NCBI GenBank assembly: GCA_043718025.1
Contig: JAYSWN010000165.1
Location: 1 to 51,920 of the forward strand
Direction of reading: 5' to 3'
From: Pseudomonadota bacterium
GTDB taxonomy: Bacteria; Bdellovibrionota; FAC87; UBA2466
DNA: 51,920 nucleotides
The notes under the pieces were generated by a model, which did not search any database, had not been told where the DNA came from, and saw nothing but the letters and a program-made list of their open reading frames with translations. The translations under genes were made by a program, and so were the position numbers. Below, one piece after another: positions 37,732 to 47,557 of this stretch (its first letter is position 1; each line of letters begins with the position of its first letter).

Positions 37732-38448
37732 TTAGTTGTTTAAAGCGCCGTCTAAAATCCATTTTTCAATGGTATCGCGCTCGGCCTCGGGAACTTCGGG
37801 CCGGGGCGGTGGAGGCATTCTATCTTTCTCTTCAAAGGCCGTCAGTTTTTGTAGAAATGAAGAATCAATCGGTTCGTTTTTGACCACTACCCCGGGAGTT
37901 TGGAATAGTGATTCGTAGGTACGAAGGTCTAGTTTTCCGGCCTTTTGGCCACGGTGGCAGCCGATGCAGCGTAAATCGATAATCAGCTGTTTGATAGAAG
38001 AGTAGGTCGGTTTTAGAACGGGCGGCGGTGGCACAATCACTGGCGTCGTTGGCTTTTCGGTCGGCAGGGCCGTGGCGCTGGCCCCGGCGTCAATCCAAGC
38101 GCTGAGTAAAGCCAACTCTTTTTCGGTTAATCTGGGGGCGAACTTCGGCATGTTGCCTAGTTTTACGCATTGGTAAAGGACACTGGCCTCGGCATCTCCG
38201 GCAACCACCTTCTTTGAGTTCATTAGAGCTGAGTAGTCAGTGAGATCTACGCCACCGAGTGCTTTTTGGGGACTGTGGCAACCGATACATTTAGGTTCCA
38301 GAATAGTCTTTTGCACTACGGCAAACCACGTCTTCGGCGGCTCGGGCTCGGCAGACCCATTCAATGTTCTTTCGACGCGGTAATTGCATGAAGCTAAGCA
38401 AAACAAAGAAAGGAGCAGAAAAAAGGGTCTGTTTTGGGTTCGGTTCAC
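37732..38448 (-). CDS. Diheme c-type cytochrome lipoprotein (Planctomycete cytochrome c-like domains)
   Basis: Lipobox LASC; two CIGCH motifs each followed by DL...MP...WI.GA pattern. Confidence 0.8.
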   Translation of the reverse strand: MNRTQNRPFFLLLSLFCLASCNYRVERTLNGSAEPEPPKTWFAVVQKTILEPKCIGCHSPQKALGGVDLTDYSALMNSKKVVAGDAEASVLYQCVKLGNMPKFAPRLTEKELALLSAWIDAGASATALPTEKPTTPVIVPPPPVLKPTYSSIKQLIIDLRCIGCHRGQKAGKLDLRTYESLFQTPGVVVKNEPIDSSFLQKLTAFEEKDRMPPPPRPEVPEAERDTIEKWILDGALNN

Positions 38449-38593
38449 GATTCGATCCCCCCATAAATAGCGTCGCGACGCTCTGTGGCACTTAACACGG
38501 CCAAGCGGACGATATCCAGCGAGAAACGCTAGAACGCGCCGACTGGCCGTGAAATAAATTGGGCGACGATTTTAAGTTAAGGGCCTTTGCCGA

Positions 38594-39088
38594 TTAGGGC
38601 TTGGGCGGACGAAACATTGAGTGAGCTTCGCCTATGGTCGATTCTAGGCGCTTCAGAGTCGCTTTAGAGGCCGTAAACTCACGCGTGCTGACGTCGGCCT
38701 TGTTTAGTTCAGTGAAGTACTGAACTTCGAGATCGGCTAGGCGGGCTTGAGCGGCGCCCATAATGGCGACATACTGTTCAGTAAGTTTCTTTCGTTCTGC
38801 CGGATCGGTGGTCTCTTCGATCTTCCCCGGAAGCAATTCGCCTTCGCTTTTGTCGATCGCTTGTTGCATTAGCGAAGAGATCATTCGGGCGCGGATGATG
38901 GCGGTCAGCAAGAGGGCGTCGGTCGCTTCTCCCGCCGGCTTTTTGGTAGGATCCACTACCATGGCGAGATCCCGACCGATGGCCTTCATCGTGTAAGACA
39001 ACATGACGTTACTTTTGATCGCTGCAGAGGCCGTGGGCGTTGCCGCCAACACAGACACAAGAACGAGCGCGGATAATATTAGTTTCAT
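38594..39088 (-). CDS. Periplasmic four-helix protein, cytochrome b562-like
   Basis: Signal peptide (ASA), early Met (TMKAI) and C-terminal GEAHSMFR His; AGGAG SD. Confidence 0.5.
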   Translation of the reverse strand: MKLILSALVLVSVLAATPTASAAIKSNVMLSYTMKAIGRDLAMVVDPTKKPAGEATDALLLTAIIRARMISSLMQQAIDKSEGELLPGKIEETTDPAERKKLTEQYVAIMGAAQARLADLEVQYFTELNKADVSTREFTASKATLKRLESTIGEAHSMFRPPKP

Positions 39089-39254
39089 GAGCGGCTCCTG
39101 ATTGTGGATGTGGGAAACGAGCTGCGGCGACGAACCTCGTACCCCAAGTTTTACTTAATTTACAAATATCACCGTGCGTAGCGGTTGGTGAGTAAAGGCG
39201 AAAGCTAGCGGTAACGTTGGTTAAGAGCGTACGAATATTGGCTGGTTCGGCCTT

Positions 39255-39295
39255 AAAAAACCCAGCCCCCGACCACCTTTGGCGATCGGGGGCTG
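39255..39295 (-). terminator. Rho-independent terminator of the C1 protease gene
   Basis: CAGCCCCCGA...TCGGGGGCTG stem followed on the minus strand by GG and a T6 run. Confidence 0.75.
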
Positions 39296-39330
39296 TGCGG
39301 CCTTCGCGGTAGTAAAGTGGAAAAATGGCT

Positions 39331-40701
39331 CTACAGTTCAGTCTGCCCGAACGGCGTCATTACCAGTTTTTTTCCGCCCTGTTCGCGCGTACTGCCCCAT
39401 AAATAGACCAGCGTCTGGCTTGAGCTACTTCCGCAATCGTTTTTGGCGGTAAGGTGGTATTCGGTGCTGATGTCGGGGCGGGCGTAAGTGACGCAGGCAC
39501 TGGCGTCGGTGAGCCCTTCGGTTGGCAACCAGCTGCATTTGGTTCCCGCGGCTTGCTCGACGCCAATTTTCACCGGATCGCCGGCAACCGCTTCATGCAA
39601 GTGAATTTGTTCGGCATTGGGGGCGACACAGGGCGGTTTGTATTGCACGATTTTTGCTGCGACTCCAAGCCCGCGGTTTAGTCGGCCGTTGCCGCATTCC
39701 CACTGCAAACGCGAAACGCCATTCAAACCGTGGCCTTTGCCCCACGAATTCCAGACGTGCGCAATGCGTTTTCCTTCCGCGGTGTCCCAGCCAACCACGG
39801 TCACCATGTGATTGCCGCCCGAATTGATGGCGCTGCACGAATTCACGATGCCATTTCCGCTCACTGAATAAGCGGACACCGTCACCACGAGCGGTGATTT
39901 CCATTGGTAGATGGCGTCCATCATTGCTTTTACTTTAGTGCCTTCGCGAAAACTGCCGTCGGCCGTACGCAACGATCTGGAGAAGGTGAGGGAGCTGCCA
40001 ACGTACGGTGTGTTGGGCACTTTTGCATCCCAACCGGTTTCGATTTGGCCACTGTTGAATTTGCACGACTTGTTGCTGGCCGCGTAGGGAAATTCACTTT
40101 CTAGCGGTAGGCCATGGCGCAAAAAATCTACCGCGCTCATATAGCCACCGCTGCAGCTTCCCTGACGGGAGCACGACAATACCGTCTGAATGGAATGGTC
40201 GAAAACCTTTTGGTCGTGTACGGCACGTGCCAATTCTAAGCCGTGATGAGTGGCCCACGCCCAACAGTCGCCGCATTTTTGCGTGCGCAGGTCGGGCATT
40301 CCGTTTTTCATCAGATCGCGAATATCAAAATTGTCGGGAATGTCTTGGGGCGGACTTTCAAAAAACGTAGTTTGGGGCGCGTACGCCCATTCCGAGTCTT
40401 CGAGCAACCCGGTCTTTTCGGTTTCGTTTTTAAAAAACAGATCGTCTAGTCTGACTTGGTAGCTGCACCGATTGTCTAAAGCGCGTCCCTTGGCGCCAAC
40501 GGCGCCTTCGACGATGCCGGGGCCGCAGGCTTTGACCAACTCTTGCAGCTCGCGTTTGGCCTGACGGTGCTTTTTTGCGTTCAGGTCAAACTTGGCGGGC
40601 ACTCGGGCGGTAACTTCGGGCGGCAACTTCTCGGTGTCGCGGCTGGCGGCCACCACGATAAGAATCACAAAGGTGAAAAATATTCCGGCTAGAATTTTCA
40701 T
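39331..40701 (-). CDS. Secreted papain-like (C1) cysteine protease with C-terminal Ig-like module
   Basis: QKCGDCWAW catalytic Cys, SCSGG, NHMV His, WNSWG Asn. Confidence 0.9.
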   Translation of the reverse strand: MKILAGIFFTFVILIVVAASRDTEKLPPEVTARVPAKFDLNAKKHRQAKRELQELVKACGPGIVEGAVGAKGRALDNRCSYQVRLDDLFFKNETEKTGLLEDSEWAYAPQTTFFESPPQDIPDNFDIRDLMKNGMPDLRTQKCGDCWAWATHHGLELARAVHDQKVFDHSIQTVLSCSRQGSCSGGYMSAVDFLRHGLPLESEFPYAASNKSCKFNSGQIETGWDAKVPNTPYVGSSLTFSRSLRTADGSFREGTKVKAMMDAIYQWKSPLVVTVSAYSVSGNGIVNSCSAINSGGNHMVTVVGWDTAEGKRIAHVWNSWGKGHGLNGVSRLQWECGNGRLNRGLGVAAKIVQYKPPCVAPNAEQIHLHEAVAGDPVKIGVEQAAGTKCSWLPTEGLTDASACVTYARPDISTEYHLTAKNDCGSSSSQTLVYLWGSTREQGGKKLVMTPFGQTEL

Positions 40702-40948
40702 CGGGGAATCTCCGTAAAATTTATTTTGGGAAAATACGTGGGCAATTGGGCTCGGTAGTGTGTGTATTTAGATTAGGGGAGATTCCAGTGGCGGGAGCAA
40801 TTGAGTCGACCTTCTTTTAACCCTTGTTACCGGGGCTCATCGGGACGTCGTTCGGGGAGAAACTGTGGCGGGGGGGGATTCAAAACCCTCATTTTTTTCG
40901 ATGGGATACGCTTTTTCTCTGAGCCTATTCATAGTACTTTCTCCTTAC

Positions 40949-42112
40949 ATGAAATACGCAAATAGAATCCTCCTATTAGGCGCGGGAGAGTTGGGCAAAG
41001 AGGTGGTTATTGCCGCTAAGCGTCTGGGTTGTTACGTGGTGGCGGTAGACAAATACCCCAATGCCCCGGCTATGCAGGTGGCCGACGCCTTCGAAGTGAT
41101 CAATATGCTCGATGCCGAGGCGCTTGAAGGCGTCGTGGCGCGGCATGCGCCGGATCTGATCGTTCCCGAGATAGAAGCTATTCGTACCGAAAAGCTGCGG
41201 CAATTTGAGCGACAGGGGATTACCGTAGTGCCCACCGCCGAAGCAGCCCACCTCACCATGAACCGCGATGCGATACGTGACGTCGCGGCTAAGGAGCTGA
41301 AACTGCGAACCGCCAAATATGCGTACGCTACGTCGGTGGGAAGTTTAAGGCTAGAGGCTGAGAAGATCGGCTACCCCGTGGTGATTAAACCCGTGATGTC
41401 ATCTTCGGGAAAAGGGCAGTCGATCGCCAAGTCAGCCCGCGACATCGACCCCAGTTGGCAATTCGCTGCCGCCGGCATGCGCGGCGACACCCTTAAGGTG
41501 ATCGTAGAAGAGTTCATCGATTTTGAATCAGAAATTACCTTGCTCACCATTCGTCAGCGTAAAGGGCCGACTCTATTCGTGAGCCCGATTGGCCATCGGC
41601 AAGAGCGGGGTGACTACCAAGAGTCTTGGATTCCCGCCCGTTTAAAGCCTACGGCGCTGGCGGCGGCCAAGAAAATGGCTAAAAAGATTACCGATCGGCT
41701 GGGCGGCGCTGGGCTATTCGGCGTCGAATTCTTCGTCACCAAAAAAGAGGTGATCTTTTCCGAACTTTCGCCCCGCCCCCACGACACGGGAATGGTGACG
41801 TTGGTGTCGCAAGATCTTTCTGAATTTGACCTGCACGTGCGGGCCATTTTAGGGCTGCCCATTCCCACCATTCACTACCGAGGCCCTTCGGCCTCGGCCG
41901 TGATTTTAGCCAATCGTGATTCAGAGTCGGTGTCCTACCGGGGCTTGGATAAGGCCCTTGCGATAAAAAACACAAACTTAAGAATTTTTGGTAAACCCTC
42001 CTCTCGAAAATTTCGGCGCATGGGCGTGGCCCTTGCAACCGGAATCTCGGTGGAAAGCGCTAGGCGAACGGCTCGCCGGGCAGCATCATTGGTGCAAATT
42101 CAATACGAATAA
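40949..42112 (+). CDS. purT: Formate-dependent phosphoribosylglycinamide formyltransferase
   Basis: LLLGAGELGKE, APAMQVA, VPEIEAI, KPVMSSSGKGQS, ELSPRPHDTGMVT, RRMGVALA. Confidence 0.97.
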   Translation: MKYANRILLLGAGELGKEVVIAAKRLGCYVVAVDKYPNAPAMQVADAFEVINMLDAEALEGVVARHAPDLIVPEIEAIRTEKLRQFERQGITVVPTAEAAHLTMNRDAIRDVAAKELKLRTAKYAYATSVGSLRLEAEKIGYPVVIKPVMSSSGKGQSIAKSARDIDPSWQFAAAGMRGDTLKVIVEEFIDFESEITLLTIRQRKGPTLFVSPIGHRQERGDYQESWIPARLKPTALAAAKKMAKKITDRLGGAGLFGVEFFVTKKEVIFSELSPRPHDTGMVTLVSQDLSEFDLHVRAILGLPIPTIHYRGPSASAVILANRDSESVSYRGLDKALAIKNTNLRIFGKPSSRKFRRMGVALATGISVESARRTARRAASLVQIQYE

Positions 42113-42121
42113 TCAATATCT

Positions 42122-44995
42122 ATGTGGCTAGTCGGACAACGAGTTACTGCAGAATTGGAACCAGAGTTGGGTTTAGGCGCCGTCGTGGCGATTATTCCCC
42201 CGCGTTGGATTGAAGTGACGTTTTCGGCGGTGAACGTTACGCGCCGTTATTCGGCCCAGGGCACCCCGCTTCGCCGCCTGGTGCTGACCCCCGGTCAAAA
42301 GATTCAAGATAAGAAAAAAAAGAGCCACGTCGTGGCCAAAGCCCACGAAGTGAAGGGGCTGTTTCGCTACGAGACCGAAGGCGGCGAAACGGTTTGGGAG
42401 TCAGATCTCGACGCTATTCTGGCCGACGAAAGCCCGCAAACCCGTTTTTACGCTGGCCATTGGGCTCATCCAAAAACGTTTCAGCTGCGCGAGCAGGCCT
42501 GGAAAATTCGGGCCCGCAGCCTTGAACCTGAGGTTCGCGGCCTGGTAGGCCCCCGCATTTCGCTTCTCCCTCACCAGCTTAGTATCGCGTCCGATATCGC
42601 GCGCCGTGAGTTCCCGCGCGTGCTTTTGGCCGATGAAGTGGGATTGGGCAAAACCATCGAAGCGGGGATGATCTTTTCCTCGCTCCGCGCTTTGGGCCGC
42701 GCCAACCGGGTACTGATCGTCACCCCGGAGGCACTCGAAAACCAATGGCTCGCCGAAATGCACCGCCGCTTCAATGAAATGTTTTCGCTCGTTGATGAAG
42801 AGCGCAGTGAAGAAGAGCAATCGAGTCAGGGTAAAAATGCGTTCGAGATGAACCAGCGGGTGATCTGTTCACTCTCCTTTTTAGAGTCCAGTCCCGAACG
42901 TTTGATGGAGGCCGCCGGTGAAGACTGGGATCTCTTGATCGTTGACGAAGCCCATCGCCTCACCTGGCATCCTGATGAGCCGAGCGTGGAGTGGGAAGTG
43001 GTGCGGGTACTCAGCGAGAAATCGCGAGGGCTCATTCTGCTTACCGCGACACCCCAGCATCAGGGCATCGAAACTCAGTACGGTCTGCTTCACCTTGTAG
43101 ATCCAAAGAGATTCTCTGATTTCAAAGCCTTCGAAAAGCAAAGTAAGAAGATGGGCGAACTCGCCGTTACCGCCGATCGCATTGCCAAGGGCGATCGCGA
43201 CCCCTCTTTTTTAGGCGACATAAAAAAATGTTTTCCCGAAGATAAAGATTTAAGCAAAGCGATCGACATTTTCGGACTGGGCGGTGAGTCGCAAGAGCTC
43301 TTAGCGCGGTTGGTAGATCGGCACGGTACCGGGCGAGTTTTGATTCGTAACCGGCGCAGCCGCATTCAGGGTTTTCCTGAGCGGCGCATGATTGCACACG
43401 CCTTGCCCACTCCTCCCGAATGGGAAGCGGCGCTGGCCAAAATTGATTCTAAAAAACTTTCTGATTCCGAACTGTTCGATCTCTCGGCTGGCATTGATGA
43501 AGGGATGTCGCGCAAGAATCGCACCGAATGGTTTGATGCCCGTTGCGAATCGTTACTGAAGTTATTGAACAGTACCGCTAACGAAAAAATACTGCTCATC
43601 TGCTCAAGTCCCGAACGGGTTGAAGACTTGAGGGATTGGCTGCGCGATCAAAGCTCGATTCGCACGGCTTTGTTTCATGAAGACATGGAAATTGTTGAGC
43701 GCGACCGGCAGGCGGCCTGGTTTGCCCAAACTGACGGCGCTAGGTTGTTATTGTGCAGCGAGATTGGTGGGGAAGGGCGCAATTTTCAATTTTGTAGCCA
43801 CCTGGTTCTTTTTGATCTACCGCTCCATCCCGATACCATCGAGCAGCGTATCGGCCGTCTCGATCGCATTGGCCAAAAAAATATCGTACAGATTCATGTC
43901 CCCTATCACCCCGGCACTCCCGAGGAGGTTTTGTACGCGTGGTACGAAGAGGGGCTTAAGATCTTCAGTGATCCGTGGAACGGAGCCCCGCTGCCCAAAG
44001 AGATGGGCAAACGGCTGATGTCCACGCTGCGCGCCTATTTGCCTAAGGCGCCCAATTTTGCAGAGCGCGACAAGATTCTCCAGGATTTTCTAGAGTACAC
44101 GCGGGTCACTTCCGAGCAGATCCGCGTTGCCCAGAAAGCCAGCGTTGATCGGCTCATCGACATTAACTCTTTTAACGAAGGGCGGGGCACGTCGCTGGCG
44201 ACCAAAATTGACGCCATTGACCACTCGGCCGACCTGCGTCAGTTTCTCGAAGGTGCGTTTGACTACTTTGGGGTGGATTCCGAAGCCGTCGATGAAAAAG
44301 GAATCTTAAAGCTCACGGCTCATTCCCTAACTTTTGTCGAACGCATACCCGGGTTGAGTTCAGTTGGCGAAGTGATGGCCACCTTTCGTCGCGAAGAGGC
44401 ATTGGTACGCGAAGATCTCGCCTTTTTGAATTGGGAGCACCCCATTGTGGATGGGGCTCTCGAAATCATTCTTCACGGCGAAGTTGGTAAAATTACCGCC
44501 GGCATAAATCCTGATGGTCGGGCGCCGGAGCCCATCCTTTTAGAGCTATTGTACGTTTTGCGATCCACCGCTCCGGCCGCCCTGGAGCTTGAGCACGATC
44601 TCCCGGTGCAAACCTTTAAAGTGTTCGTAACCATCACCGGAAAAATATTGAAGAGCGCGCTTAAAGTCGATAGCGCTGCTTTAAAGCCAATCCCCCTGCA
44701 CACGGCGGCGGAGTTGTTAAAGCCGTTGCGTGACCGATTGCCGGCGGTTTTTGAAAAGGCACACCAGTCTACCCTCGAATTTACTAAGCCTATTCTCACC
44801 GCCGCCATCGCCGCCTGGACCATCCGACAGGATAATGAAGTCACTCGATTAAGAGAACTCTCCCGGGTGAACTTACTCATCACGGCCGAAGAGATAACGG
44901 CTCAGATAAGAAAAAAAGACGCCGGAATCCTCGCCATCAAAGAGACCACCGCGCGTCTCGACGCCATCCGCCTTTTAGTCTTCTCCGATTTGTGA
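42122..44995 (+). CDS. rapA: RNA polymerase-associated SWI2/SNF2 ATPase RapA
   Basis: GQR...EPELGLG N-terminus, LLADEVGLGKTIEAG, VDEAH, DRHGTGRVL, SEIGGEGRNFQ, EQRIGRLDRIGQ, FLNWEHP. Confidence 0.93.
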   Translation: MWLVGQRVTAELEPELGLGAVVAIIPPRWIEVTFSAVNVTRRYSAQGTPLRRLVLTPGQKIQDKKKKSHVVAKAHEVKGLFRYETEGGETVWESDLDAILADESPQTRFYAGHWAHPKTFQLREQAWKIRARSLEPEVRGLVGPRISLLPHQLSIASDIARREFPRVLLADEVGLGKTIEAGMIFSSLRALGRANRVLIVTPEALENQWLAEMHRRFNEMFSLVDEERSEEEQSSQGKNAFEMNQRVICSLSFLESSPERLMEAAGEDWDLLIVDEAHRLTWHPDEPSVEWEVVRVLSEKSRGLILLTATPQHQGIETQYGLLHLVDPKRFSDFKAFEKQSKKMGELAVTADRIAKGDRDPSFLGDIKKCFPEDKDLSKAIDIFGLGGESQELLARLVDRHGTGRVLIRNRRSRIQGFPERRMIAHALPTPPEWEAALAKIDSKKLSDSELFDLSAGIDEGMSRKNRTEWFDARCESLLKLLNSTANEKILLICSSPERVEDLRDWLRDQSSIRTALFHEDMEIVERDRQAAWFAQTDGARLLLCSEIGGEGRNFQFCSHLVLFDLPLHPDTIEQRIGRLDRIGQKNIVQIHVPYHPGTPEEVLYAWYEEGLKIFSDPWNGAPLPKEMGKRLMSTLRAYLPKAPNFAERDKILQDFLEYTRVTSEQIRVAQKASVDRLIDINSFNEGRGTSLATKIDAIDHSADLRQFLEGAFDYFGVDSEAVDEKGILKLTAHSLTFVERIPGLSSVGEVMATFRREEALVREDLAFLNWEHPIVDGALEIILHGEVGKITAGINPDGRAPEPILLELLYVLRSTAPAALELEHDLPVQTFKVFVTITGKILKSALKVDSAALKPIPLHTAAELLKPLRDRLPAVFEKAHQSTLEFTKPILTAAIAAWTIRQDNEVTRLRELSRVNLLITAEEITAQIRKKDAGILAIKETTARLDAIRLLVFSDL

Positions 44996-45017
44996 AAACA
45001 CGCGTACAATAGTCCGC

Positions 45018-46094
45018 ATGAAAAGATCAAAAGCCGAGTGGGTTTTTATCGTCTTATTTGTGCCCTCTATCATCGCCTTTTACGCACTCTATAAATACCC
45101 TGATTTTTTACTGGGGCCCGGTGCCGACACCCGAATTTTGGGCAAGTCTCTCTCCTTTTGGTACATGTTGGTCTACACCGCGGTGGTCTGTGGAATCGCA
45201 GGAACTGCGCTCTTCGTCGACAAGAACGTTTACTCTTTTAAGGCCGTGGCCCCAGCGGGCATGGGCCGCTACCAGCGTTCTAAATTTACCAGCATCTTCT
45301 GGGTGCAGCTGGTGGGTTTCTTTTTGCTTCCGTTCGTCATTCTACCCCTTTCGCGTGGTACCGATTTTTGGAACGACACGATTAGCGCACCGGTAAAAAC
45401 GGCGCACGTCTATTTGTTTCCGGCCTTCACCAGTTGGGGGATGGCGGCTTACCTGTTCGTCGTGATTCCGGTTTTCGTTTGGTTTTTCGGCAAGCGCTAC
45501 TGCTCGTGGATCTGCTCGTGCGGCAATCTAGCCGAAACGGTGGGGATTACGGTGTGGGGAAAAAAATGGGTGAAAGAGGGCACTCCCCGGGGTGAATTTG
45601 CCGCCAAAAGCGAATGGGTGCAAAAGGCGATTATGTTCTTTGCCTTGGCCTTCGGGGCTTTGCTGCTTTTTGACACCATGCAGGTGATTGCTGCGCCGGA
45701 TGTGGTGGCGCGCATTCGTGAAGTTCAGGATTTTGGCGTAGATTTTGTGTTTGGTTCGGTTATCGGCGTCGGCGCCTACCCCTTTTTCGGAACCCGGGTG
45801 TGGTGTCGGTACGGCTGCCCGCTGGCGAAGTTTATGGAGCTTTCCGGAAAGTACACCGGCTCAAAGTTTGCGGTGGTGGCTAACGAAAAATGCACTGGCA
45901 TCAATCTTTGCACTAAGGCTTGTCCGATGGGAATTGATGTAGCGTCGTACGCCCACAAAGATCGCAAACCGACCCTGGGCAGTTTTGGGTTGCACGAAAC
46001 GGTTTGTATCGGTTGCGGGGGGTGCATCGAGGTTTGCCCGACCAAGGCGCTGTCGTTTAAACCCATCAAAAACAGAAGTGCTCAAGCCGGTTAA
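45018..46094 (+). CDS. Polytopic membrane protein with 4Fe-4S ferredoxin domain (NapH/RdxA-like)
   Basis: TM segments; YCSWICSCG and WCRYGCP motifs; CTGINLCTKACP and CIGCGGCIEVCP. Confidence 0.85.
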   Translation: MKRSKAEWVFIVLFVPSIIAFYALYKYPDFLLGPGADTRILGKSLSFWYMLVYTAVVCGIAGTALFVDKNVYSFKAVAPAGMGRYQRSKFTSIFWVQLVGFFLLPFVILPLSRGTDFWNDTISAPVKTAHVYLFPAFTSWGMAAYLFVVIPVFVWFFGKRYCSWICSCGNLAETVGITVWGKKWVKEGTPRGEFAAKSEWVQKAIMFFALAFGALLLFDTMQVIAAPDVVARIREVQDFGVDFVFGSVIGVGAYPFFGTRVWCRYGCPLAKFMELSGKYTGSKFAVVANEKCTGINLCTKACPMGIDVASYAHKDRKPTLGSFGLHETVCIGCGGCIEVCPTKALSFKPIKNRSAQAG

Positions 46095-46128
46095 ATCCTT
46101 CGGTTTCAAACCGCGGCGCGATCGAGAT

Positions 46129-47403
46129 TTAGTAACGGCCCCCCAAGGTTGTCCGGCTTTTTTCTTTAAGCGCATCACAAACGCTTTTAGTCTGGGTGCG
46201 CATGCTGCCGGTCCACTCCAGCGAAAATTCGGTAGTGTGCCCATAGTTTTTGTCTTCGATTATATCGAATACGCGGTACGGGGTGAGCTCTCGGTCATAC
46301 TCCATCATCACTCCCGCAATAAAGCCCTCCATGCTGCCACCCGGAGTGACAAAGGAATACGGGCTCCGCCTGAAGCTCATGCTCCACTTGAACATCGACT
46401 GGTTTCGTCCCTCCATCACGTAACGGAGTTTGCCCATGCCTTCATAGTCGCCGTCGAGATGAAATCTATTTTCATCGTCGTTAAATGACTTTTCGGTTGA
46501 ATCTAAATACCACTGCAGTGAGTGCGTGGTTTCAAAGTTTGGGGGAAAGAAGGCTTGGTACTCTTCACAGTTGTACAACCCTCCCAGAATGGCGAAGCGA
46601 TACGCTTGGTAATCTGTACTTTCTAAAATCCGGTGGGCCACTCTTCGGTAGTTAAGGTAGCCCATGGTTTGCGTAAATTGGCTGGGCGCCACTCGGCCCA
46701 AGCCGTACTTTTCGGAAGGGTGACCGTTTACAAACTGCGCTTCGAGTCCCCGTAAAAAAGCGAAACGTCCGCGCCCCGCCTGCCGAGTGTAAAAAAGATC
46801 AAACCCGTCGTGATCGTCGGTGCGGTAGCCGAAGCGATATTTTTCTCCTGGGTGCGCAAAATCAGTGCGTGGGTAGGCCCCTTCCCAAATGCTGTAGCTT
46901 TCCCAATTGGGGCGTAGGTCATTGGCATGGCCATGACAACCTTGGCAGAGCGCTTCGTTGATCGGGCGAACTTCAGGCGCTTTGCGCTGGTGGCTATCAA
47001 AAATAATCCGACGGAAGCGAAACCCTTCGCTTTCGTAATTTTTTGCAAATCCTTCGGGAATTCTTTGTGGAGCTTGGGTTGCAAACTCAAGCATCTCAAG
47101 TTCGTCATAACCCTGAAGCGCGGGGTCGCTGTTGAATGCCATCACGAACCGGCCATTGTTCAGATGTGAAATCACCCTCGGAAATTCGTAGCTGGCCCGC
47201 TGTCGACTTTTACTTTCGTGCATGAGCACAAAGTTTTCTCGCAATTCGGGGTAGGCCTTCCCCAGTTCGGTAACCACCTCTTCTAGCGAAGTGGTCCGAG
47301 TTGCCAGTTGCGCCACTGATTCCAGCGTAGGAGTTGCCCGCCCCTTGACGCTGAAACAAAGTGCCAAAGCCATTGCTGCCCACGCCGTCCCCAAAGTCCC
47401 CAC
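46129..47403 (-). CDS. Exported protein with single CxxCH (putative c-type cytochrome)
   Basis: Signal peptide; CQGCH followed by RPNWESY..W.GAY. Confidence 0.6.
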   Translation of the reverse strand: MGTLGTAWAAMALALCFSVKGRATPTLESVAQLATRTTSLEEVVTELGKAYPELRENFVLMHESKSRQRASYEFPRVISHLNNGRFVMAFNSDPALQGYDELEMLEFATQAPQRIPEGFAKNYESEGFRFRRIIFDSHQRKAPEVRPINEALCQGCHGHANDLRPNWESYSIWEGAYPRTDFAHPGEKYRFGYRTDDHDGFDLFYTRQAGRGRFAFLRGLEAQFVNGHPSEKYGLGRVAPSQFTQTMGYLNYRRVAHRILESTDYQAYRFAILGGLYNCEEYQAFFPPNFETTHSLQWYLDSTEKSFNDDENRFHLDGDYEGMGKLRYVMEGRNQSMFKWSMSFRRSPYSFVTPGGSMEGFIAGVMMEYDRELTPYRVFDIIEDKNYGHTTEFSLEWTGSMRTQTKSVCDALKEKSRTTLGGRY

Positions 47404-47557
47404 TTTGTTCCCCCTGCTGCCAATTTATTTTGACTATGAGGAAGTTTTTGAAGTGATGCGAATGCTTTTCGAAGGGCTGGCGCAAAGCGTTAACCTTTAG
47501 TTTCGCGTGTAATTTTTTCATCTTTTTATAGATTCAAAAAAGGGGAAGTGCTATGGC

